Source: a virus
Taxonomy: Duplodnaviria > Heunggongvirae > Uroviricota > Caudoviricetes
Virus record (IMG/VR): IMGVR_UViG_3300009093_000042
Span: 64,001 to 101,913 of that record
Length of the DNA stretch: 37,913 nt
Direction: 5' to 3' (one strand)
How positions within the stretch are numbered: position 1 is the stretch's first letter; each line of letters opens with the position of its first letter. The notes under the pieces were generated by a model that did not search any database, was not told the origin of the DNA, and saw only the letters and a program-made list of their open reading frames with translations. This document shows positions 24,637-33,516 of the stretch, piece by piece. A program made the position numbers and the translations under genes.

Positions 24637-26586
24637 ATGGCTGACCTCAAGATCAAGAGCATCAAGATCAGGAACTGGATGACCATCCGGGAAGCGGACA
24701 TCGCATTCCCCGAGAAAGGGTTAATCCTGGTCCTCGGATCGAACCTGGCTTCTGACGGAAAAATGCAGAGTGTCGGCTCAGGAAAAACCGGTCTCGGGGA
24801 GGCACTGTCCATCGCACTGGCCGGAGTAAAAGGACGTTACGGAGAGTTTGGTCACTACGCGGAAGATCGCGGCGGGAAGGACATGTACGTGAAGGTGGAG
24901 TCCAGCCTGCTGGCCAAGCCGCTGACGGTGGAGATGGGTTTCAAATGCGCGGAACTTTCGAAGACCGGTGAGGGTCTGAAGTTCACGTACGCGGACAAAC
25001 CTTCGGTTCAGCGCGGCGACCCAGACCAGACGCGGCGCGAGCTTCAACGCATGATTCGTGTGACGCCGGAATTGGCCAACTGGACAGTGTTTCTCAGTGG
25101 CGTCCGGTTGAACTTCGACAAAATGTCTCAGGATAATTCCGTGAATTTGCTGATGTCAGCTCTGGCGCAGCCGCCTTGGACAGAATACTTCGAACTAGCG
25201 AAGGCTAAGCTTCAGGCAGCTAACCGTCAGTTGGCGGTTTCAGCCCAGGCTCTGGAATCAGCCCGGATGCGCGAAAAGAATGCTGCGGATGATCTCAGCG
25301 ACGCGGTCGAGGAGCACAAACAGGCTCAGGAAGATTATCAGCGCCAGTTGGAACAGCAGTCGGACCGTCTCGCGGAACTGAAGCGCCAGAACGGTGCGGA
25401 CCTTTCGGCGATCTCAGGGGCCGAAAAGGAAATGACGAAAATAAAGAAGCAGCTCGCGCTCCTGGAGGAGCAGAAGGCGACGCAGAATCATCAGTGGGAA
25501 ATCCAAAAACAGAACCTGCGGGATGACCTGGCAGAGCTGGATGAGAAGCGATTGACGGCGGCGGAAAAGCGCACGGAGGCGAACAGCAAGTATAACGATC
25601 TGGATGATCAGCTCGCCAAGATGAAGAAGGTGCCAAAGAATTGTCCCACCTGTAAAAAACCATGGGATAAGGCGCACAGCGAGGAGGAGTTAGCGAAGAT
25701 GGAGGAAGCTTTGGAAAAGGCCGGTAAGGTCTGTGACCAGGCCGACAAAGTCTATTCTGACATCGACAAAAAGCGCCGGGAGATCAACGACAAGATCGGT
25801 CAAATCGAGCAAAAGATGCGGACCCAGGGACACGTTGCCGATGTGCGCCATCTGGGTGATCTTTATACGGCCCAGGAACGACTGATCCGAAATCTGAACA
25901 CTTCGATCCATGAGCGCGAGTTGAAAATTGTGAAGCTGGCGGACGGGGTTGACAAAAGTTTTGTAAACAAAAAATCGGCTGTCGTTGAGGAGAGGACGCG
26001 GGCGCTGGCGAAAGCCAAGGAGGCGATTGAAACATCGGCTTCTGATTTGGCGATGGACGAGGAGGTCGTCAAAGCGGTGCAATACTGGTACCGGGCCTAC
26101 GGACCGACCGGCATCCCGAATATGATTTTGAGTGAGGCTATTCCGCTGATGAATCGCGTGGCGCGCCGCATTTCAGCCATGATGACCGGAGGCACGCTGG
26201 AGATCAACTACTCGACGACAAAGGTCCTGGCGTCCGGGGAATCGCGCCAGAAGCTCATTACGAAGGTGAACAACCGCATCGGTAGCAAGCGGTCAGAAGG
26301 AAGCTCAAACGGCGAGGGCGGTCTTACGAATTTGATCATTGCTGAAAACCTCAATGAGATCGGACAGGTTTCGAACCGCGTCGGGTTCCGCTGGTACGAC
26401 GAGATCACCAACGGCCAGGACTCCGTGGTGCGCCGCAGCATTTTTGCCTACCTGAAGGAAGTGGCCGAACGTTTGGGCATCCTGGTGTTCGTTGTGGACC
26501 ACCATCCTGAAGTGGCCAGCTTTGCGGATTACGTGCTCGTGGCCGAGAAGTCCAGGGAGCACGGTACCCGCTATTTCTGGCGCTAG
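24637..26586 (+). CDS. Recombination ATPase, T4 gp46/Rad50/SbcC-like
   Basis: Walker A G.N..GSGKT, coiled coil with CPTC zinc hook, SSNGE signature, WYDE Walker B and VVDH switch; start at ATG 24637. Confidence 0.92.
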   Translation: MADLKIKSIKIRNWMTIREADIAFPEKGLILVLGSNLASDGKMQSVGSGKTGLGEALSIALAGVKGRYGEFGHYAEDRGGKDMYVKVESSLLAKPLTVEMGFKCAELSKTGEGLKFTYADKPSVQRGDPDQTRRELQRMIRVTPELANWTVFLSGVRLNFDKMSQDNSVNLLMSALAQPPWTEYFELAKAKLQAANRQLAVSAQALESARMREKNAADDLSDAVEEHKQAQEDYQRQLEQQSDRLAELKRQNGADLSAISGAEKEMTKIKKQLALLEEQKATQNHQWEIQKQNLRDDLAELDEKRLTAAEKRTEANSKYNDLDDQLAKMKKVPKNCPTCKKPWDKAHSEEELAKMEEALEKAGKVCDQADKVYSDIDKKRREINDKIGQIEQKMRTQGHVADVRHLGDLYTAQERLIRNLNTSIHERELKIVKLADGVDKSFVNKKSAVVEERTRALAKAKEAIETSASDLAMDEEVVKAVQYWYRAYGPTGIPNMILSEAIPLMNRVARRISAMMTGGTLEINYSTTKVLASGESRQKLITKVNNRIGSKRSEGSSNGEGGLTNLIIAENLNEIGQVSNRVGFRWYDEITNGQDSVVRRSIFAYLKEVAERLGILVFVVDHHPEVASFADYVLVAEKSREHGTRYFWR

Positions 26587-27428
26587 GGATTGAACCCTTT
26601 GTAGCTGCGGTCGGAGACGAGGCTGAGATCGGCAGTGTTGAACAGCTTGGTCCGCACGTCGTCAGCAAAAGCCTGCGCCATTGAAGCGTCAGTTCCTGCG
26701 GTGTTGGACGTGATCGAGAAGTTGTTGCCGTAACCGGGCACGTGAACAAAGGTGAATTCAAATTCTCCCGATGACGGCAGATTGCAGGATCGACGCGGGC
26801 CGCGCAGCCAGGGACCTTTGAGCCGTGCTTTAACATCTTTCACGTATCCAGTGCAGACGATGCCGGGCTTGTCCTCGTCAATGAAGATCAGTTCCAGGCG
26901 CAGAGTCACGGGCGGATAGAAATCGCTGCCAGATTCCGGCGTCACGTTGTAAGGATTGTCGGCTGACTGTGCCCGGCTCACCTGCGAGTCGGTCGATCCG
27001 CCCGGCGTTGTTTGCGGCTGACTTTGGGCCACTGTGACGCGCAGCGGAGTTCTGCCGTTGTTGCTGGAAATCGGCACGTTCAGGGATTCCAGGAGCGCCG
27101 CTGTTTGCATCAGGGAGAGAGCACCCTGCGGGCAGTATTCGTGGTCGAAGGCGTGCAGGGAAAACGAAAACGGGATGTTCAGCGGGTTGGTGGCTTTGTA
27201 CTGATGGATGCCATCCGGCATGACCTGGCTGTTCACCACCAGGTATTCCGCGCTGCGCGCCAGTTCGATAGTCTCCGGCATGGCGGGGAAGTTGATGGCA
27301 ACAAACGAGGACAGACCGGCGAACGGATCAAAGCCACTGGTGCGTCCAGAATCGAGCACGATGAGCCGACCTCCAAACGGGAAGTTCTTCCGCTGAAGTT
27401 GGGCTGTGGTGCTGCTCGGTGTCGGCAT
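26583..27428 (-). CDS. Tail tube initiator/baseplate tube-like protein (gp48-type)
   Basis: Follows the tape measure gene; INFPAMPETI..YKATNPLNIPFSF..PPVTLRL..CTGYVKDV fits tube-initiator proteins. Confidence 0.7.
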   Translation of the reverse strand: MPTPSSTTAQLQRKNFPFGGRLIVLDSGRTSGFDPFAGLSSFVAINFPAMPETIELARSAEYLVVNSQVMPDGIHQYKATNPLNIPFSFSLHAFDHEYCPQGALSLMQTAALLESLNVPISSNNGRTPLRVTVAQSQPQTTPGGSTDSQVSRAQSADNPYNVTPESGSDFYPPVTLRLELIFIDEDKPGIVCTGYVKDVKARLKGPWLRGPRRSCNLPSSGEFEFTFVHVPGYGNNFSITSNTAGTDASMAQAFADDVRTKLFNTADLSLVSDRSYKGFNP

Positions 27429-27435
27429 ATTAAAA

Positions 27436-29745
27436 CTACGGGGCCAGTGCGCCCTTTTGGATCATGCTCTTGTCTTGGAGCATACGGAACTGCGCGGATT
27501 TTGCCAGTTTGTCTTTGTGGGTCTCCGCCATCTGCACGGCTTGGAAGGTGTCGCGCTGAGTGTTGGCGTCTTTCAGCAGCTTCTTCGCGCCGCCTGTGTT
27601 TTCGAGTTGCTGCTTGGTCAGCTCGATCATCTGACGGTCATGCTCCAGCGTGGCTTTCTCGTTGGAGGTCACTGTGGTTAGCGCGATGCGCTCGCGCACT
27701 TCGGCTGCCGTCTTCTTGTACAGCTTCATGTACCCTTCGGCGGCTTTCTCGCTATTCATTCCCTGGACCTTGAAAGCCTGGAGCCGGAAGATGCGCTCAG
27801 CTTCAGTGAAGTTTCCCTGGAGCATTTTCTTGCGGACTTCGGCCATCACGTCGAACGCGGTCTTTTGACCTGGCAGCGACTGAACCACGTTGGCGGTGTA
27901 GAACTTGTCAGATTGGACGGCCAGCGCCCGTGACCATTTTGCGATGATATTGTCGGGAAACTTTTTGTCGATCACCCGGCCAATGGCAAAGCCAGCGGCA
28001 CCAGCGGCAACGACCAGGAAGGCCGGGCTGCTGAGGAAGCCGAGCAAGCGTGAGAACAACGGCACCAGTTTGGAGACCGAGCTGGCCAGGCCACCACCGC
28101 TAAAGAGGCTTCCCAATCCGCCACCGCCCAGGATGCCACCGCCTGACTTAAGTCCCTGCATTCTTGTGGCGACGGCAGAGGCAGCGGCCACTTCGTAGAG
28201 AGCCACCGCAAGGCGCATCAGCGAGAAAGTGGTGCGCGCTGCGGCTGCCACGACGATGCCGGTGAAAATGTAAACGGTTGTTTTGTGCGAGGCCAGGAAG
28301 GAAACGAATTGTGCGGTGTAACCGAACAGCCCACGGATGGCCGGGAGCAGCGGCATGAACGCCTGCTGAATCAAAGAGACGAACGATTCTTCCAGTCGCC
28401 CGAGCGCCTTGTTTGCATTGGTGACTTGCTCACGCCAGCGCTGCTGGAGCTTCGCGTGTTCGTCCAGCGGTTTGTTGGACTCCGCAATCATGTCCTTGTA
28501 CAGCCGGACCGTTTCGGTGCTGGTGCCGATGACCTGGGCGGCAGCTTCGAGTTGAGCCGTGTAGGCCATTGTGCCAGGGCGCGCCGTGACGATCTTGTCG
28601 ATGAACCGACCCAGGCCCTGGAGCGCCTGCTGCGCGCCCTGTCCGCTGCCGAGCGCGCCGGGCGTGTTGACGCCAGAAAGACCCCGCAGCATGAATGCCT
28701 GCTGTGAGCCTTTCGTCATCTCGTTGAACAGCTTGACGACCTCGCCCGCGTCGCCGCCCACATCCTTCATGCGCGCCGCCATCATCGTGACGTAGCCAGC
28801 AGCTTCCCTTGCGCCCGGCGCGGCACCTGGTCCCAGGAGCCGTAAAGCTTTGCCGATCTCGGTCGCGAACCGCGTGGCTTCGTCGGCGGCCAGTGACGTG
28901 TTGTTCGCGATCACGGCGATCTGATCGGCGACTTCGCGCACGTTCACCTTCAGATTCACCTGGAAAATTCGGGCAAGTTGAGCCGAGTGCTCGAAGCTGA
29001 CGCCCAGGCCCTCCTCCATTTCCACCATCACTTCCAGGCTCTCTTTGAATCCGCGATGCGCCTTGGGCCAGATGTCCGTCAGCGAGCGCGCCGCCGCGTT
29101 CATGGTCTCAAAGGATGCGCCGGTTTTAGCCTGCACTTCGAAAATCTGTTTCGTGAGCCGGTCGCGTACGCTGGTCATCGAGTTCGCCTGGATGAGCGAT
29201 TGATTCAGCTCTCCGCTTTTCTTGATGGCTTCCGCGAAGCCTTTGATCAGCATGTACTCGATGGCCAGGTGCTTGCCGGTGACAGCCGAGATGGATTCCC
29301 GCAGAACGAGACGCTTTTGCTCCAGGTCGAGCAGGTTTTTGGCGTTGGTCAGATTCTCCTGCGCGAGTTTTTTGTAAACTTTAGCCTGGTCGATGCTGTC
29401 TTTGTCCGCCGTGGTGGACTTGCGTTTCTCGTCGTAAAGCCGCTTGTGCATCTTGAAGATGGACTCGGCTTCACGGAGTTCATCTTTTCGGGCTTTGATT
29501 GTTTCATTGATCACGTCTTTCGACGTGATCAGCGCCCGCGAAGCCTCTTTCAGTACCGGAGGCAGCTTCATGTTCTGAGCCAGGTACTCCGTGAAGCTGC
29601 GGTGGGTGTTCTGGGTCTGATGGTGCAACTCAGAAAAGTTTTCTGCAATCGAACGGCTCATCTTTTCGATGCGCTGAACGTCGTCAGCGAAAAGGTGCAG
29701 CCCCTTTCGCATTGCTTCCAACTGTTCTGCTCCGCTCAATGCCAT
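27436..29745 (-). CDS. Tape measure protein
   Basis: 769 aa; helical, A/L/K-rich, with a G-rich hydrophobic middle region; upstream of the tube initiator. Confidence 0.85.
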   Translation of the reverse strand: MALSGAEQLEAMRKGLHLFADDVQRIEKMSRSIAENFSELHHQTQNTHRSFTEYLAQNMKLPPVLKEASRALITSKDVINETIKARKDELREAESIFKMHKRLYDEKRKSTTADKDSIDQAKVYKKLAQENLTNAKNLLDLEQKRLVLRESISAVTGKHLAIEYMLIKGFAEAIKKSGELNQSLIQANSMTSVRDRLTKQIFEVQAKTGASFETMNAAARSLTDIWPKAHRGFKESLEVMVEMEEGLGVSFEHSAQLARIFQVNLKVNVREVADQIAVIANNTSLAADEATRFATEIGKALRLLGPGAAPGAREAAGYVTMMAARMKDVGGDAGEVVKLFNEMTKGSQQAFMLRGLSGVNTPGALGSGQGAQQALQGLGRFIDKIVTARPGTMAYTAQLEAAAQVIGTSTETVRLYKDMIAESNKPLDEHAKLQQRWREQVTNANKALGRLEESFVSLIQQAFMPLLPAIRGLFGYTAQFVSFLASHKTTVYIFTGIVVAAAARTTFSLMRLAVALYEVAAASAVATRMQGLKSGGGILGGGGLGSLFSGGGLASSVSKLVPLFSRLLGFLSSPAFLVVAAGAAGFAIGRVIDKKFPDNIIAKWSRALAVQSDKFYTANVVQSLPGQKTAFDVMAEVRKKMLQGNFTEAERIFRLQAFKVQGMNSEKAAEGYMKLYKKTAAEVRERIALTTVTSNEKATLEHDRQMIELTKQQLENTGGAKKLLKDANTQRDTFQAVQMAETHKDKLAKSAQFRMLQDKSMIQKGALAP

Positions 29746-29746
29746 A

Positions 29747-30262
29747 TCAGATTGCCTTTATAGTTTTGCCGTGGATGAAATAGGTTCCCCACGGCGCATT
29801 GAAAAATGAACCGTCCGGGTAGTCCCGCGTGCGCGCCAATTCAGCCATTCGGTCCTCGATCTGTTTGCGCGTGGTCTCGTCGAACGGGACTTTGAGGTCT
29901 ATCTTGTTTACAAAAATCTGATTACCGACCGGTACCTGGATGTTGTACGTCATTGAGCCGGGATCGGTGCCCATGCGGAGAAAGCTCTCGTCAGGATAAA
30001 CCTGGTATTCGAAGTATCCCTCCGTCTGTTCGTCTTCCAGGATGGCAGCTACGATCTGGCGCGCCGCCTCCTTGATCGCGTGCGGGACTTTTCCAGCCGC
30101 ATCGACATTGCTGAAGCCGTGCTTTTTGGCGCGCTGGCCGCTGACGGCTGCCGCCATGTCGATAAAGGATTGAGGCTGTTTTTTCATCGCGCTCAGGCCG
30201 TGCCTGCGGGCGTAAGTCTTTGCTTCCTTCGGGAGTGGAAGATTTTTTAGATCGTCTCTCAC
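29747..30262 (-). CDS. Hypothetical protein, probable internal head protein
   Basis: Contains IKEAARQIVAAILEDE; GTGA-coupled to the upstream gene. Confidence 0.6.
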   Translation of the reverse strand: MRDDLKNLPLPKEAKTYARRHGLSAMKKQPQSFIDMAAAVSGQRAKKHGFSNVDAAGKVPHAIKEAARQIVAAILEDEQTEGYFEYQVYPDESFLRMGTDPGSMTYNIQVPVGNQIFVNKIDLKVPFDETTRKQIEDRMAELARTRDYPDGSFFNAPWGTYFIHGKTIKAI

Positions 30263-30507
30263 ACGCCGTGCATCCGAAGAAGTGAGTTGGCCGAAGCGCG
30301 GATGGTCGTCATGTCATGCTGCTGATCCGGTGTCGCGTTGGGCAGGCTGGCCTGGAGCGTGTCCAGGGCGCTGAGGATGGACCGAGCCGAGTTCACTTCG
30401 GCTTGTTCATCGTCTTCCATAACCCGCTCGCTATCATCGTCGAGCACTTGCGACACGATCTTTTTCGCGGCCTCGGTCATCTGCTGCTTTTTGCTGGCGC
30501 TTGGCAT
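30259..30507 (-). CDS. Small acidic protein, probable internal head protein
   Basis: Contains MTEAAKKIVSQVLDDDSERVMEDDE; TAGATA upstream. Confidence 0.6.
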   Translation of the reverse strand: MPSASKKQQMTEAAKKIVSQVLDDDSERVMEDDEQAEVNSARSILSALDTLQASLPNATPDQQHDMTTIRASANSLLRMHGV

Positions 30508-30595
30508 AGTCTGTAATATCTACCCCGTCAGATCAGCTTCTCAGGCGTTGGTTTGCAGTCGTTCACAAGATTGTAAACAATTTCTATTATGGGTA

Positions 30596-30624
30596 TTGAC
30601 CGTTAAGAAAATTTTGTTTACATT
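30596..30624 (+). promoter_or_regulatory. Sigma70-like early promoter TTGACC-N17-TACATT
   Basis: -35 at 30596-30601 and -10 at 30619-30624; ATG only 8 nt downstream. Confidence 0.7.
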
Positions 30625-30632
30625 TTCTTCGC

Positions 30633-31784
30633 ATGATTGGAAAGAAATTCAAAGACATGGTGGATGACCTGGCCGCTCAGCATCCTCTCGCCTGGAAAGC
30701 AACCTACCCGCGCAACATCACCACTCCAGAAGGCTACGCTGATCCCAAGTATTATGCGGCCACCATGCTCGGGTGCCTCTTTTCCATCCAGGACCCGCGC
30801 ATGAGGGAGTTTGCCCACACCTGCGAATACCTGATGACGCTGGCTTTGATGCAGCACCGGGTTCCTACTTATTTCATTGCGCCGGAGTTCGCGTATTCCG
30901 TGGCTAATACCGATCTGCCGGGTGACTTCAAATTCATCGAACTGCTGTGGCCGCTTCCGGCGATGCTCTTTGTTTTGCCTGATGAATTCGTCAAAGATTA
31001 TTACGGATTTTACGCGCCGTTTCTGGCGGTTTCTAACACTCCCTCAGCGATTTATCCGAATTACTATAATCGGTTGCCGAAGATCAATATGCCGTATTTT
31101 GAGATGCAGGTAAACAAGGACCGGATCAACGTTGATTATCCCGTTTATCGGGTGAATGAGGTCCCCTGCGATTACAACGGCTCCTACCGATTGACGGATG
31201 GGGTGGAAGTTTTTCGATCTGCGCCGATGCACGATACGACGGAATGGGAGCAGCGTGTGCGCGGGATCACTGTAGCGCACGACGGCGAACCTCGTAAAGG
31301 GGAGGAGGAAATAGAGTTCATGGATAAAGCCGCGCAGCTCGCGGTGAAGATGCTGCTCACGATTGCCGCACTTCCGGCCATGATCGAAAATGGCAGAGTG
31401 ACCCGTCCGGCCAGGACCAACCAGCAGGGAAAACTGGTGCTGCCCGAGATGGTGTCACCAAACATGATCGGGCGCGCCTACCGCATTCCCAGGAAGTATT
31501 CGGAGCGGGCTGAGAGCGCTGGCAGCCGGGCCAAGCCGAGATTCGTTTATCGCCGAGGCCATTACACCTGGCAGGCGAAGCGTTTCAAAAACATCGAGTT
31601 TGTTTCAGTGAACCAGATGCCGCGCAAACTGGACGGTACGATCGACTTCGATACCGCAGGCGACGTGATGAGCAATAAGTTCCGGGCTTGCCACGAGCGC
31701 ATTCGAATTGAGGGCTTCCTTTTCGGGGATGTTGATCCTAATGAAGGTAAGGCTACCAGCAATGCCGGTGCCACTTCACAGTAA
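30633..31784 (+). CDS. Probable early protein with C-terminal RRGH motif
   Basis: 383 aa; KPRFVYRRGHYTWQ..RIRIEGFLFG resembles a common uncharacterised phage/plasmid C-terminal motif. Confidence 0.7.
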   Translation: MIGKKFKDMVDDLAAQHPLAWKATYPRNITTPEGYADPKYYAATMLGCLFSIQDPRMREFAHTCEYLMTLALMQHRVPTYFIAPEFAYSVANTDLPGDFKFIELLWPLPAMLFVLPDEFVKDYYGFYAPFLAVSNTPSAIYPNYYNRLPKINMPYFEMQVNKDRINVDYPVYRVNEVPCDYNGSYRLTDGVEVFRSAPMHDTTEWEQRVRGITVAHDGEPRKGEEEIEFMDKAAQLAVKMLLTIAALPAMIENGRVTRPARTNQQGKLVLPEMVSPNMIGRAYRIPRKYSERAESAGSRAKPRFVYRRGHYTWQAKRFKNIEFVSVNQMPRKLDGTIDFDTAGDVMSNKFRACHERIRIEGFLFGDVDPNEGKATSNAGATSQ

Positions 31785-31824
31785 TCGTGGTAAATTTATT
31801 GTGATTAGAATGACACTTTAACTA

Positions 31825-31852
31825 TTGACACTGGGTGGAATTTGTTTACATT
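31825..31852 (+). promoter_or_regulatory. Sigma70-like early promoter TTGACA-N16-TACATT
   Basis: Shares TATTGAC and AATTT(T)GTTTACATT with the promoter at 30596. Confidence 0.7.
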
Positions 31853-31910
31853 GTTCGCGTAACGATGATTGAGCCGTGCTCAGTCGAGAAACAAAAACAA
31901 TAAAAAGCTT

Positions 31911-32693
31911 ATGCAAGAATCCAAACTAATGCTCCATTGCGGCGGTCAACTCGCCACCCGTGAACAAGTCGCCTCCGTCTTCACTCCCGCCGCCACCGAA
32001 ACGTGGCAACCAGTTCCCCACATCGAAGTCATCAACAGTACCGAACGCGCCCTAGCCAATTTCAATATGCGCGTGGTCAGCTCGGCATTTGCGCTCGCCA
32101 AGGAAGGCACTCGCTTCTTCGGTCTCATGCAGGTCGCGCTCAACAACGAGGAACAAAACAAGGATTACGGGTACGTCGTCAGCCTCCGCAACGCGCACGA
32201 CAAAGCCTGGAAAATCATGATGGGCGTCGGTTCCTCCGCTTTTGTCTGCGACAACCTCGCCTTCTCGACCGAAATCCAGGTCACCCGCAAGCACACCAAC
32301 CGCGCTTTGATTCAACTCCCTAACCTCATCAGCACCGCTGCCGGTCAACTCGCGCAGAGCTGGAACAACCAGGGCAAACGCATCGAAGCGTACAAGAATT
32401 TCGAACTCACCGACACGCAGGCCAACGATTTGATTGTGCGCGCCTACGAAGGCGGTGCGGCTCCGATTACGCTCCTTCCGGCAGTCATCAAGGAATGGCG
32501 CACCCCGCGCCACCCGGAGTTTCAGCCGCGCACGGCCTGGAGCCTCTTTAACGCCTTCACGGAATGCCTCAAGCCGACTGATACTCGCGGCAGCGTCTGG
32601 GAGCTTCCGCGCCGGACGACCGTCCTGCACGGCCTGATGGACACCACGGTCGGCATCCTGGGCAAAGAAACGTCTCTCGCCCAGAACAATTAA
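31911..32693 (+). CDS. DUF932-family protein
   Basis: MLHCGG..TPAATETWQPVPH..LRNAHDK..FVCDNLAF..WSLFNAFTE; start moved to ATG 31911. Confidence 0.85.
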   Translation: MQESKLMLHCGGQLATREQVASVFTPAATETWQPVPHIEVINSTERALANFNMRVVSSAFALAKEGTRFFGLMQVALNNEEQNKDYGYVVSLRNAHDKAWKIMMGVGSSAFVCDNLAFSTEIQVTRKHTNRALIQLPNLISTAAGQLAQSWNNQGKRIEAYKNFELTDTQANDLIVRAYEGGAAPITLLPAVIKEWRTPRHPEFQPRTAWSLFNAFTECLKPTDTRGSVWELPRRTTVLHGLMDTTVGILGKETSLAQNN

Positions 32694-32715
32694 CCACCAA
32701 CCCGCCCCACCCCCA

Positions 32716-32741
32716 GGGCTGGCCGGGAAACCGGCCAGCCC
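32716..32741. other. Perfect 11-bp GC-rich hairpin with GAAA loop and no U tract
   Basis: GGGCTGGCCGG-GAAA-CCGGCCAGCCC between two co-oriented genes. Confidence 0.75.
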
Positions 32742-32757
32742 ACCCTAAAAGACCAGC

Positions 32758-33516
32758 ATGAGCGACGCATCAGATAAAAAACGGGAAGACCTCCTGGCCG
32801 AGATCACCAAGTGGGCCATGATCTCCAAAGCTCCAGACCCGATGCTGGAGTTGGAAATCGTGAAGTCCATCGACTTCCTTCGGAACAACGCCAAGGTCGC
32901 GCCCGATCAGATCGCCGCCCTGGAGAAGATGGTGCGCAATCCGGCTGAGCTGGTGTGGAGGCTCATGCCGCCGTTACCGGATGCTCCGTTGAAGTGGACG
33001 CCGTCGAATTATCAGGTGGATTGGTTCCGCGACATGATCGTCAAAGCCAAGGACGGCATGATGTGGAAGGTGCCAAGCACGGGCCAGGTCTATAAGATCG
33101 ACAAAGTAAACAAAACTTTCACGTTGGTCATCGACACGGACGACGACCACGACCGCTGGCATGACCGCAACAAGATGATCCTGGGGCTGCTCGGCTGGAA
33201 GATGATCGACAACAAGTCCAGTTCTAAGAGCTATACCGCGACCGATGGCAACTGGGTCATCGGTGTTTTTGATTTTTCAATCGCGGAGCAGACGAATCCG
33301 AAGACCGGTGAGAATTTTCCACCAGGGTCTCGTGGTCAGGACGCTGTGGCCACGTTGGGCAAGATGGCGGTCTTTGCGCGCCTGGGTCACGTGATCGGCG
33401 CGCATCTGTGGAAGTTCACTCAGAAGCAGGCTGACCCGGAAGCATTCGGGTCTGGCAAAACAAACGCAGCGTGGTTGAATATCAAGGAAAAGCATGGAAA
33501 CAACGAGTCAAACTGA
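32758..33516 (+). CDS. Hypothetical protein
   Basis: 252 aa ORF with genome-typical codon use. Confidence 0.75.
   Translation: MSDASDKKREDLLAEITKWAMISKAPDPMLELEIVKSIDFLRNNAKVAPDQIAALEKMVRNPAELVWRLMPPLPDAPLKWTPSNYQVDWFRDMIVKAKDGMMWKVPSTGQVYKIDKVNKTFTLVIDTDDDHDRWHDRNKMILGLLGWKMIDNKSSSKSYTATDGNWVIGVFDFSIAEQTNPKTGENFPPGSRGQDAVATLGKMAVFARLGHVIGAHLWKFTQKQADPEAFGSGKTNAAWLNIKEKHGNNESN

Noticed and set aside
26290-26330. Atypical ABC signature SSNGE in the Rad50-like protein
   Set aside because: SxGE variants are normal for T4 gp46-type ATPases.
9935-29745. Extracellular contractile injection system or tailocin locus
   Set aside because: Portal, protease, capsid and replication genes are present, so this is a complete phage rather than a headless system.
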